Shown: positions 29,360 through 40,800 of the stretch, one piece after another
How the letters are laid out: every line of letters begins with the position of its first letter
Position numbering within the stretch: position 1 is the first letter of the stretch
Origin: Balanoglossus misakiensis
Lineage: Eukaryota; Animalia; Hemichordata
NCBI GenBank assembly: GCA_040954595.2
Contig: CM082588.2
Location: forward strand, 3,432,513 to 3,496,512
Length of the DNA stretch: 64,000 nt
Direction of reading: 5' to 3'
Position numbers and translations under genes: made by a program
Notes under the pieces: generated by a model
Seen by the model: only the letters and a program-made list of their open reading frames with translations
What the model was told of the DNA's origin: nothing
Database searches by the model: none

Positions 29360-30794
29360 CTGCAAAAGAGATGATAAGCTGAAGTACAATGCACAATACA
29401 TTTACTGCAACAGCAACCTTACTGTAACGTATTGCAATACAAAGTGATATATGTTTTAGTAGCAGAGATAGTGGCATATGTCAAACCTCATCCTTGTTTT
29501 CTTGCAGGAAAAAAATCTAGACTCACCTTCCTACCATGTTTCATGTGTTCTGCTAAATTCCTAATCTGCAGAGTCAGGATAGCAACTGAAGAAAAGAAAA
29601 GAATGCATAGAGTAAATCGTATTGCTACAGCAAAAATCATTTAGACACAACGTTCCTGTCTGATAGACTGTGTTTCATGTAATTTATATGCACACATCCA
29701 GGTCAGTTGTGGTCATATGAGAAATTGCAAAATCTATTTGAGAGACTGTTAACTTACTACCAGCTTCATGAGAAGGTCCATCTTCATTTTCTCTGAACTT
29801 TGTTTTCAAAATCTCTCCCTTCACCCTCTGTATCTCGGACTACAGAAAAAATGAAAGCAGAACTAATTGTAACACACACACAAGGAAATAATTCAAGATT
29901 TTCAATTCTTGACCTAGAACTTAGAAGGTCTTCAGTATTTTCTTGGATAGATCCCATGATTGCTGAGACAATTGAGACTGGGCTACTTACATTACTGGCA
30001 TATTCTAGAGTAAATAGTTTTCTCACAATTTCATCAGCACTGAAACATATAAAGACATGTGAATCAAAAACTTCATTCTTGGCAGTGTCAGTCAATGAAA
30101 TATCAATGAACACATATTACGATATAAATTCCAGAACTTTACTTACTCTTTCAGTTCCTCCACATCTTCAAATCCAAGTTTATACATTGATGGATCAACT
30201 TCAACATCCATGAATCCTTCGTCAACCACTGCCAAAAATCAGAATGACTCTCAAATTAAAGAAATTGGAGACCTAAATCTCAGCTTGTCTGCGACATCCA
30301 TCATAACAATTCAAACATTCCAACAACGTTTCACACACAGACGTTACCTTTCATTGGCGGTTTCCTGCTGGTGATTCCTTTCATTGTAGCATACGTTCTT
30401 CGTGTGTTATAAACTAAACTTCTGTCATTCTCTGCTTGAAAGATACAAAGGTGTAAAGTTACCATGACAGCAGGTATCATACTCAACACATGATGGTCTG
30501 GGGCAAGGGTTCTACCGCCGCTCATGTGGTGATTTGATAACATTATATATCATAATTATATATAAGTAACGCTAGACAATCCACAGTATTCGCGATCTTA
30601 TTCTTACCGTGTTTTTCCTTGGAGTATCCCACGCTGGGCCACCCTGACGTTGGGGCCGCTGTTGTCGACAAACTCGCAGTGGTCACACATGTCCGTCTGA
30701 AATTTGAGGCAAGATCGTTCACAGTTTGAGGGGCAGGGTGTTTCTTGGGCATCATTCGGACGCTCCCACAAACTATCTTTCGAATTCCAATCAT
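29060..30794 (-). CDS. MRPS15: Mitochondrial small-subunit ribosomal protein S15 (uS15m), 7 coding exons, 281 aa
   Basis: complement(join 30794-30608, 30434-30348, 30228-30147, 30039-29991, 29839-29758, 29585-29527, 29359-29060), 846 nt, all GT-AG and phase-consistent. Contains ADEIVRKLFTLEYASN...IAILTLQIRNLAEHMKHGRKDMVNKRRLLMAIDRRNKLLGYLRRNNYDRFEWLLKELGLQY (S15 domain) after a basic, S/T-rich presequence-like N-terminus. Confidence 0.93.
29527..29585 (-). CDS. MRPS15: MRPS15 exon 6
   Basis: AILTLQIRNLAEHMKHGRK; ttcag acceptor, gtgagt donor. Confidence 0.92.
29758..29839 (-). CDS. MRPS15: MRPS15 exon 5
   Basis: SEIQRVKGEILKTKFRENEDGPSHEAG; ctgtag acceptor, gtaagt donor. Confidence 0.88.
29991..30039 (-). 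CDS. MRPS15: MRPS15 exon 4
   Basis: ADEIVRKLFTLEYASN; ttcag acceptor, gtaagt donor. Confidence 0.9.
30147..30228 (-). CDS. MRPS15: MRPS15 exon 3
   Basis: VDEGFMDVEVDPSMYKLGFEDVEELK; ggcag acceptor, gtaagt donor. Confidence 0.88.
30348..30434 (-). CDS. MRPS15: MRPS15 exon 2
   Basis: ENDRSLVYNTRRTYATMKGITSRKPPMK; tandem aag/cag acceptor, G|gtaac donor. Confidence 0.8.
30608..30794 (-). CDS. MRPS15: MRPS15 exon 1 (mitochondrial targeting peptide)
   Basis: gaaaATG ATT GGA...AAA CAC G|gtaaga, 187 nt, phase 1. Confidence 0.75.
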
Positions 30795-33626
30795 TTTCGA
30801 TTGGGAAAGGCCGTGGACTCACTCCCGATCGCCAACTACACCATGTACCAGCGTGGTTTTCAAGTCAACCTCATATGACCTTTCACCTTAGCGCACATTT
30901 GTTCGTGCTGCATTTACTCCAGTGTGTCACGGATAATGTGTTGGTTGCATTGGCAACCATGATGGAAGGGGGGTCCACTGTTCCACCCACCAGCATTTCA
31001 CTAGTATCTTCTCTATTTCTGGTAGGCCTACACAAGAATACAACCGCAGAGAAACGCTTATAGCACCGATGTTACATCACACACCAGTCATGATACATTA
31101 GCCTAGACCTATTGGCAAACTGTATGCTTACAAAGTTGGCAATTCCATCAGTTTATTTGACTTGAGTATTAAATCACACATCTCTGTTGCGCGTGGTACC
31201 ATGGTGGTACAAACTACAGAAACGTATTACAGTTTTCACAGGGAACAGAGCTAGCTACTATGGGCGAGCGAGCCCATCGAAGTCCCAGCCTGAGTTCAAT
31301 TCTGAGTTGTGGCTGACACGAAATGCATTGTTAGTTCAGTTGTATAAAGGGGTAGAGGGAGTCACTATTCCGTATTGTGATCGCCATTCATAGAAGTATT
31401 GTTACCCAGTGTCTCAGGTATTCCTCAAAAAAGAATGGACAAAGTGGGCGTACTGTATCCATGGCTACCAAATGTGCCTTTCAAAGTGAGGGCACAAGTC
31501 ACAGTTATCATCAAAGGATCTTCGTGGTCAAAGGTTAACAAAGCACGTAGTAGGCCTACCAGTGAAAGTGATGAATAATTCAGTAGTTCGACACAGTTCA
31601 ATATGGCGTTCCTTTGTAGGGCTCGGGTGTGGAAAGGAAAGAGAAGCAATAAGCGTACGTATGAAGATTTTGATCTCTTATTTTAGTTTGTTCAGGCCTG
31701 AACCATAAAAGCGACCTGAGAGCAGTCTGATACTGTGGGTCACGTTTTAAGTGAGCTATATATAAGGCTAATGCTACATGGGACGGCTGTCACACACACG
31801 TATTGGTAATAGTATTGATTTTAAAGCGTTAAGTTCCAATACTAAAAGCGTAGAATGACCTGACGCATCACGCTGTATCTTCAGTGAAGAAGTTGACGTG
31901 GAGAGGCCTTCTTGTTTCGAGAGGAAACGGCAGTTCGCCTGGTCGAATATCTCACAGCGACCTCGCAGCGATTTTTGCCCTTCCTGTCAATTGTAACCGT
32001 ACCGTTGACATGGAAGTGGGTACTCCAAGGCCATTGTCATGTATAAGCTTATGCCATATTACCAAACTCGCCATTTTCACCCCATTGAGTGCTTCAATTA
32101 CTCTCCAGAACACAAAACAATGACAAGGTGGCAAGTTGTTACATGATACTATCGATTTTTCTCAGTTGTCATCTAACACCGTTAGGTGGCGCAGAGCAGA
32201 GATGCTCGTCTTTCTCTGTTGTGTACACCAAGATGTATTGGCCGGAACCAATAATCCAGTGATTGTTACAGTATGTGTTCGGACAAGACTCCGAGCCGTA
32301 AATCATAATGAATTCCAACCGATGGGTAGACAGGACAAAGTAAATTGGCTACCCACGATTAATGTAAAAAATAAAAAAAGATGCGCGTTATAATTCTACA
32401 TTTTAAAATTTTAAAAGTGACCACTTACGAGTTCTACTGAGGTATCTTAGAAAATACTTTGCATTAGGCAAAAAAAAAGAGTTTTGTTTTATAGCGAGGA
32501 AACTTTATTTTGATTTGAAGTCTGACGCGAATGTCAAATTTTCACTTGGGTGTTTAAAAAAAAGTAAACCGCGGATTTCTTCGAGGGTGTTCAGTTTTAT
32601 GTCTTCCAGATGTCATTTTTCCATCTGAAACAACTTGAGGGCGACCTTCGCAGGGACTGAAAAACAACATAAAAAGACAAATTTTCATCTTACAATCACT
32701 TTCTTTTTGGTCAAAGATGACTGAAAAAATAAAGCCCGGAAAACCTCAAATTCAAACCAAGTTCGTATCTGTTTTATATCAATTGGCATGGCAACTGGGT
32801 AAGATTAATGGTTTGAATGTGGGTGTTCTTATTCACTCGACAAAGCTGCCCTCTGCGTGACCTTCTCGTTTGCGTTACATGACGCCAGTCTGTCTGGCAA
32901 TGCACGTGTCCGGAGCTGCCAGAACCGAAGCAGATCAGTAACTCTAACTCTGCTAAAAATCGTGGTTATTGGCTGGATGGAAAATTCCCACGCCCGACTG
33001 CTATTCCTGAAGCCATGAATCTTATAGACGGGTCACCTAGAACACCGAGAAAAACAGAAAATGTTTATATTTTTCAGTTGGGCAAACAAAACACAAAAAC
33101 GGTAGGCGTTGAGCTTTGACAACTACGCGGAATTTTCAGAATACATGTACACCAAGTGAGATAGGGATAACATATTTTCAGTTTCCCGACTCGGAAGGTC
33201 AAAGTTTCAATGAAGATTCTGAAAGGACAATTTCAGCAAAAAACTCGATTTATGGCCGAAACCACGGTCCCAATGGAACAATCATCTTCCCTAATTTTAA
33301 GATAAACAAGTAAATTCCAGACCTCACAGAAATTGAGATAGATTTATATTGTCCAATTTATCGGGCTCTTCAAACTTTAACATTTTATCGTATGATACTT
33401 ATTGAGAGTATGGTGTTAGTTTAATTGTCACATTGATCATAATTAAACTTCATGATTCCCCTTTTTCGCATTGTGATGTTAGGGGGCGCATAGCAGACAG
33501 TGCTGAGTGTTGGACTGGTCCGCAGGCCAATTTTCTTGTAGCTTAGCGCAGCCAGCGGCAGACTGCGCTCATAGCAGTCCAATTTGTCTTCGCTTCATGT
33601 CAATTTTGTTTTATCTGTCCACACAG

Positions 33627-34226
33627 CCAAACGATTCACAAAGGATGCACTGTTTGGTCGGATCACGGGCAGTGACAGCGTTGATACCCTGGTTAAGGTC
33701 GGAATTAGCAAAGAACTGGGAATCGAGCCCCAGACCCGAATGAGAGTGCTGCATGACTTCACGCCATGTGTTGATGACGAACTTGCTGTCAAACGGGGAG
33801 ACATCGTTCACGTTTTATACCAAGAAAATGACTGGGTGTACGTCATCAGTGACGACGGCAGGGAAGGGTTTATACCGTGTGCCTACTGCGTCCAACAACA
33901 CGGCGAGCCGTCCACTCAAAGCAGACAGAACTTGAACGAGAGGCGGCGGACAGAACCAGAAATTCCCGAGGAACCAGAAGCAGCGAATACCGCCCTCCTG
34001 AGTCAGATAAATGACTTCACCCGACACACGTTTAGGAAGACCCCGGTTGGACAATATGTAGTTCTGTTCAATTTTATCGCCATGGACGAAAATGACGTCA
34101 GCGTCCAAAGAGGAGAATCGGTGACAGTGTTGAACCGAGATGACCCGGACTGGATCTGGGTGATGAAAGCTGATGGACGAGAAGGTTTTGTCCCGAGGAA
34201 ATTTCTTGCCTCCGACATTTCCAGTG
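33627..34226 (+). CDS. Dlish: Dlish exon with SH3-1 and SH3-2
   Basis: acacag acceptor, AGT G|gtaaat donor; two SH3 signatures (LHDF..DEL..W..EGFIP, LFNF..NDV..W..EGFVP). Confidence 0.9.
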
Positions 34227-34905
34227 GTAAATATTCTTTCAAAAACTTTGTCCAATTCTCATTCGAAGTAAACCGAATGATCTCCCACACACAGTGATCT
34301 TCCAATATTCCAATATCGCTTCTTGAGTGACTGGAACTTTTCGATACCAGCAATGCGTTTCGCAACTGTACATGTGGTGATTTCTTTCAAATCGCGGGGT
34401 TTCATTACTAGTATATAGATGCTTTGCTGGTTACTACTGTGCAGTAATTTTCTGTATTGGATAAGGTTTGGAGTACATGTATTTTCTTGCCCCTTTTCTC
34501 AGTTGGTTATATCGACTTGGATGGTTTGTCGCTTTCGTCTGATTCATCAAGAGATGACACCGATAGATTGTACCACGGCACAGAACTGGTTGCGCTCTAT
34601 GACTACCAGGTAAATCTGACAGCTTTAGATCTACTATACTGCGGTCTGTGATTTGCTGACGGATAGTGAGTGAATAATTCTTGTGACAGAACTCGAAAAA
34701 ACTGAATGTTTAAAATGGTTGTGTTGTGGGTTTTTTGCAGGGAACAGCGTCAGACGATCTGACCATTTCTCGTGGTGAATTTCTAATCGTGGATCTCTCA
34801 AATCAACAGCAAGATGGATGGCTGTGGGCGTATTCACCTCGTACAAAGAAAGAAGGCTACATTCCTCGGACCTATGCGCGACCTCCCGCCACGACAGCCT
34901 TGTAG
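33627..34905 (+). CDS. Dlish: Triple-SH3 adaptor, orthologue of Drosophila Dlish/Vamana (Dachs ligand with SH3s); 5'-partial model
   Basis: join(33627-34226, 34503-34609, 34741-34905), phase-consistent. Motifs GRITGSDSVDTLVKVGISKELG, VLHDFTPCVDDELAVKRG..LYQENDWVYVI, YHGTELVALYDY and GWLWAYSPRTKKEGYIPRTYARPPATTAL* match my recollection of fly Dlish (GRITGS.SIETLVRVGIEKEHG, LHDFTPCVDDELEVKRG, YHGTELVMLYDY, YARPPAMTSL). Upstream phase-1 coding exon not identified. Confidence 0.88.
34503..34609 (+). CDS. Dlish: Dlish exon (linker and start of SH3-3)
   Basis: ttctcag acceptor, TAC CAG|gtaaat donor; ...RLYHGTELVALYDYQ. Confidence 0.9.
34741..34905 (+). CDS. Dlish: Dlish terminal exon (SH3-3 and C-terminal TTAL)
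   Basis: ttttgcag acceptor; GTASDDLTISRGEFLIVDLSNQQQDGWLWAYSPRTKKEGYIPRTYARPPATTAL*; absent from the ORF track. Confidence 0.9.
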   Translation, partial: GTASDDLTISRGEFLIVDLSNQQQDGWLWAYSPRTKKEGYIPRTYARPPATTAL

Positions 34906-35823
34906 TTCGGCTTCATTTTAATCACAAAGGCCATTTTTCCCGAAGTGTTAAGTGGAACGGGACGTGAACTTACAGCTGCAGGTCCATTTTTTGCTATTCA
35001 GAGTTTACCGAACAAGTGGCGTCTGCAACTTGCAAACAGGGTTCACCAACCAACAACTCAGTTTTCTGGACTGTGTCGATCTATCGCCACGACTCCTCAA
35101 ACCAGTGCACCACCTGAAAACAAACACCAGTGCTAAATCAAACACGCCATTTACAGTACTGTCATATCAAAACAAAACACATTGAATACTATTCATAACT
35201 TATTTTTACCCCATGGAGAACTTCGTCGTGCTAAAGTACAGTTGATCAGCTACCGACACAATCAGAAACCAGTTTAACTTATATGTCGCCGAATAGACCA
35301 AATCATTTGCAAATATCGCAGTTTACGTATATACTTAATATTTCCTTCACGCAGATTTAACTTTCACTTGCCAGTGCGCTGAAATATTGTATAATTAGTG
35401 TCGTACTTAATTGACTTGACAATCTGCCAATCGTGTAATTACTAATCAGCTCATCGAGCGATATGAGGTAGAACTAAAAGAGCGATTATTTTGTTACTAA
35501 TTTCCGATATGCACAATTTTTATTCATATGTATTTAGTGGGATGGGAAGTTGTAACAGTTACCAAAGTGGCCATGCTTCGACATATATGTTTCTATGAGC
35601 TACTGTACGTGCCTTTATGAAAATATTATGCGCTTCTAACTTCGACAAATCCTAAAGAACAGTCCGCTGTCGCATCGATGTGATTATACAGGAGGATCAT
35701 CACGTCCCTTGTCAGTCTTGCCCATAACGCCCTCTTTCGGCCACTTAAAGCGAAAACGTTAAACAACTCAGGCATTTCAAATCTATAACAAGATTACCGT
35801 GTACTTAAATTGCACTTTATTGC

Positions 35824-35829
35824 AATAAA
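35824..35829 (+). terminator. Putative polyadenylation signal of Dlish
   Basis: AATAAA about 0.9 kb after the stop, followed by T-rich sequence. Confidence 0.45.
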
Positions 35830-37165
35830 CTGTACTTAATTTTTAAACATAACAGTGGACTTTTTTCTTGTGAAGCCTTGTTTTTTTTCTCCATGAAATG
35901 CTTCCACCGTTGACCGAAAGATGTAAAAATCAGTCGGAATACAACAGCGATACTACCCCTGGATTCGCGTGGCCATGGACACCTGTAGCTGTGTGAGTTA
36001 CACGAGCGCCCCCTAACAGAGAAACCTTGTAATGACATAATGTTTTCTGTGAACGTGACGGGTTTTTATGTGTCAAGGCTTGCATGTCTGTGTAAAAATT
36101 ATCCGTGTATTATAACTGACCTGTCATTGTTCTATTACTTACGGGCTTGTACAGCTTTTCATTTCAAATATTCCACTTTTCACATACTGTAAATGCATTA
36201 ACGTTTCACTGGGTTTTTATTTCAGTATTTTCCCTGATCTACTGATATAATAATCATGCTAATTTCATGCATCTTGTGACTGTAGTAGATTCGTTTGCAA
36301 TTTTACGATCTGAGAACAAAATACGCTTTCGCAAATAGCTTCATCGCAAAGCTGCATACTTGTATGCCATCATTTTTTATAATATCCTGTCTCAAGGGAA
36401 TAAAACTGGTGAGTGCTGGTTTTATTGCAGCATCTGCACGATGTGGTTCCAGGCATGCGATGGAATTACTGCAGACATGTCCGGCAGCTGCGCGTATGAT
36501 TCACTTGGAGTAAATGCAATCAGATTGGTTTGATAAGACAAGTCGAGGCATACGTTCAAAACGTTGCGAAAGGTTACGGACTATATGGAGAACAGATCAA
36601 TTAGTTAATTGATTTGTCTATTTAACTATACTAAGAACACCAGGAACAAATAGGCTAATCCATGTATAGTGTTCTGCTCAATGCAAATATGTTTATTGAA
36701 GCAAAGATAATGTCTCATTAGACTGTATTACCATATGTTACGATTTATTACGATTTATTCACAAATGTGTGAGAGAATCTCTGTATAGGCGTAATTTATT
36801 TTATTGGGCGGCACCTACTGGGGCAGCCATGTCTCATGCATGTGTAACATTCTCAGTTTTTGTCTCTCTCATTTATAATTTTAGTGATCACAATTTTTGT
36901 GGAGTGATTGCGGAGTAATTTTACGCGTCAGAGGCGTGCGGTCGCCCACGATCATTTCATTCAAACTGTTGATCATAGTCGGTACTTTTATTTGCACGAT
37001 CACATGCTGTCTTGCGTGTGTTTGAATCGCCCACGCTTTCTGTGGAGGCATGTGTGAGTATGGAGAAGATTCTCCTTGGCTGTGGTTTCAAACATTAGGG
37101 TCTTATGTCTCACATATTCTTTTGGTATGCCATTTGTGATTTGGATATCACATCTTGTCGCGGTT

Positions 37166-37187
37166 GTACTACTACTACTACTACTAG
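37166..37187. repeat. (CTA)n microsatellite
   Basis: tactactactactactactag. Confidence 0.8.
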
Positions 37188-37529
37188 AAGATAAACTCAT
37201 GAACGTCATGGGACAGTTTCTAATTCTTTCGACCATGGTAACGCCATGTTCCGACAAAGTCGCGAAATCTCTTTCCTCTTCATTCTCACCTGTTTCATGT
37301 ACTTGGAATTGGACTTAAACTTTTTGCTTTACTTTTCCATCGTGAGTTTACTAGTAGTTCAGTACGACCTTTGAGTACATATACGTCATGTCTGACATGT
37401 ACGATAAGATAGGAAGTGAGTGTGCCCACATCCCGCCAAATACAGACTTATTTTAAGTGCGTAAACTCCAGTTTATCATAGCCCCATTGTTCATTGTGCA
37501 GTTAAACTGGCACAAACTCCTTTGTTAAC

Positions 37530-37752
37530 AGTAATCAATTTGCATATGAAATGCACAACTCAAAGACATTACTGAGCATGCGCTCTCAAATTTGAGTTAT
37601 TTTTAGGGCGGTTTACTGAGCTCGATGACGCCTAGTCCGTGTCAATGTAGAAATTACTACGAACATTACTCACAGTATTGAAGTTTAAAACAAGGCCTAG
37701 CTACATGGGAAACTGATCTCCACAAAGCTCACTTTCTTACCCTTGGAATATA
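37530..37752 (+). promoter_or_regulatory. Putative afadin proximal promoter/5'UTR
   Basis: Immediately upstream of the afadin ATG: octamer ATTTGCAT (~37538), NRF1-like GAGCATGCGC (~37574), GC box GGGCGG (~37606), CRE-like TGACG (~37626). Motif matches only. Confidence 0.4.
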
Positions 37753-37863
37753 ATGGATTTAAACCAACGGAATCTCGAAGCGGAGAGAGAGGACCTCGCT
37801 CGGACGATAGCGGAATGGAATGCCAACAGATTGGATCTTTTTGAACTTAGCGCACCCAACGAG
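37753..37863 (+). CDS. AFDN: Afadin exon 1
   Basis: MDLNQRNLEAEREDLARTIAEWNANRLDLFELSAPNE|gtaag; not in ORF track. Confidence 0.92.
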
Positions 37864-40800
37864 GTAAGAGTTGCGTCTACGTTGGGTATTTCCCGAGCGT
37901 GATTGTCTGGTTTTATAGGTTCAATCCTAGCACCGTGTTGTTTATTTTCATGCTGGGGTATTCTTTCCTGAAAGTGACATTTAAAACGATGTTTTCGAGT
38001 CGTTTGAAACTAACTCTGTAGGGGTGGCGTACTACAAGATGGCGACTGCGCCCGCATATGTATGTATCGTGTATATACAAAACTGGTAGTCGACGAGGCC
38101 CTACCCAGTTGGGATTAATCTGGGATGATACCTTACGCAAGTACTCCATGTCAAGTTATCTCGATATCAAAATATCCGCAAGCAATGCAGCATGGCAAAA
38201 TGCAGGCCCTTTGTGATGTATGAAAACTTTAAATAGTATTAAAAACGATAAAAAATGTCGGAAGTCGTAGCCTTGAGTTGACGTGGCCCGTCAACCACTG
38301 AACCAATGAAGGTGATAACATAGCGTGTTATTCAAAGGGACGCCGACCGTGTGACTGTGCTTGTAGCTTTTGTGGGCTTCAGTAGATCATCTGCTCGATC
38401 ATTAGCGATTTCACGACTCTGTTAAAACTAAAATTACTACCTTGGCACTTCGCTTTCTGTGACAATATTATGAAACGAGATATCACCTCAGAGGTGATGT
38501 CGATTTCATACCGGTATTGCTAGAAATGTGTTGATCGCAATGGCGATCGTTGTCCCCGTCGTAGTGAATGTAAGGTAAAGGTTTATTTTTAAGTCAGCTT
38601 TGATGACCGTTCGATAAGTACACGGCACCATACAATCGATGTTCAATATTTTGCACAGGTGAGCAGGCATCATTAGTCCAGGAAACCCACACAGTGACGC
38701 GTTGACGAATGACTCACTTAAATACTTCGGCTCGTCATCGAGGGTGGAGTCAGGCCACCCCCTTGAATTCTCCAAATATTATTTCACCGTGTTTACCTGC
38801 CAGGCACACTCAACCTATCACATTTGTGCCAGGGTCATCGCAGCACACGCCACAGGAAGTGCCTTATAAATAATAGCCACTGTTCAACTTGTAAAATTTA
38901 GTATCGATGACGGATGTGTTACACTATGAGGAAGTTATTGGGAAAGCGGAAACGCCTCTGCCTTGGGTTTTGTATGCTATTGATTTTCATCACAATTGTT
39001 TACATTTGAGCATATTCTGGAACAGGTGGTTTAGGGGAAGGACTGATGTCAGTCATTGTTTACTCAAGATAATAAATAACCAGAAGTTCCTGCCATATAT
39101 AGACAAAATTGCACCCAATTCTGATTGCATTATAAGGTCACATCTGTGAATGATTTTGTATGTCTGTATGTCGGTCAGGTCAAAATTTACAATATCATGA
39201 ATCGATATGTAATACCTGTTAATGTTTACAATCAGACTAAGGATTTGATAACAGAAGAATTGCATTTATCGCATGTTGGATTTTACAAACCATGACGTCC
39301 CAAGACAGCTTTCCAGAGCACTGTGCCAATATGTGCCTTATCTTGCAGCAAGTCGAGTGTGAAGTAATGGGGTCTATGACAGCCAGAGTGTATAAACTGT
39401 TGTTTGACATCGATTCCCGTAAGTCAGTTCCTAGCTGTTTGTTCTTCAGACATTACTTTCAGACATTACTAAATTATACGGTAACCTTGGTGTGTGCACA
39501 TCAATTAAACTTTCGAGACTCGCTGTGAAGGAGACAGGGTTTTTGTCAACGTCTGCGCTAAAGCAACTCAGCTGCGTAAGTTTATTATTTGGAATGATGT
39601 TAATGCCCTGAGAAGTGTTTGATATCCATTCCCATAAACCAGTTCCCAGTAGTGTTCTGTTCAAACAATACATTGAAATTACTCTGTAGCCTTGGTGTAG
39701 TTATCAATGTAACTTTCAAGGCTATAGTATTAAGATGGGAGAGTGTTGAAGGGTCTCAGTTGTATGATTTTATTTTGGGGAATTATTTTAATGCACAGGG
39801 GAGACAAGTTCAAATAGGAGTATTAGATTAGTTATTCCAATAGCACTAAGTACAATGTACATCACATGTAATGGTTATAAGCAAGGAATCTCTTCTCTGT
39901 TGTGTGTGTTAGTGGCAAGGTGGTGAACATTACTGGCCTATCCCTGATAAAGTAATCAAAACATTTTGACTTGCACCGACAATTTTATTTGTCAGGGTGA
40001 CAGTAATCCCAGCATAAACACTGCATAGAGCTGCTCACAAGACGCTGGGCACTGTTCAACCAAGTGTGGGTCTAGTAATGATAAAAGAAGCTCTTACATC
40101 TCACACTATGCATCGTCAAATTTGCATGAGTTGTCTGAAAATTTTATGAGGTGAACGTGGACAGGGCACTTGTCATTCAAAAAATGCTGGTATCTATTTT
40201 TATATACATGATTAATTGGCAATTCCAATGAATTTATCACATAATATATATCTATTGTGTCTGATGATTTCATTGAGCCTCAAAGAGTAGCAAATATATT
40301 ATGCTCGACGTTCTATTATCAAAGCTAGTCTTGATATTTTGATAGTGTGAAAAGAAATATTTGCAGACCCGGACCAGGCGTAGAACATGTTTTGCCTACT
40401 TTCCTGCAAAACAAAGACGATATTCAGGAATCGTATTCTCTCCCAAACATGTCGCGACAGGGCAGCCAGGTCAGCAACACAGGGAATGTTGACTTTGCCA
40501 ACTTAACTGTGACCTTGCGTGGGAAAAGGTCAACTGGGGCGTGTCTGGGTGATACCGGTTATGCAAATTACACCCTGGACCCCGGTACAACCGATTGACA
40601 CTGGTTGACCCTGTAGATAGACACACATGCATGAATTGTGTGTAACAGAATTTCTTGTAAATGTGAAACATTTGCCTGAATTTCTCATTTTTACCTCAGT
40701 TTTGTTATTGGTAAATTGAACCCTAGACTGCTATGTAAATATTTGGCGAGTGTGACTAGACATGACAGTTATGTGATTAGGCTAGTAATGTGGCATAAAT

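Noticed and set aside
31022-31559. Two GTAGGCCTAC palindromes between MRPS15 and Dlish
   Set aside because: Short motif with no supporting structure or functional evidence
33015-33101. Proximal candidate Dlish first exon (gccATG...ACG|gtaggc)
   Set aside because: Phase 0 does not fit the 33627 acceptor; it would need the weaker AAG acceptor at 33643. Left unresolved and not annotated.
33584-34297. 237-aa single-exon SH3 ORF as given in the track
   Set aside because: Both ends run into introns; the spliced model adds a third SH3 domain
40449-40469. Possible alternative afadin first exon MSRQGSQ|gtcagc
   Set aside because: Weak donor, no homology and no promoter evidence
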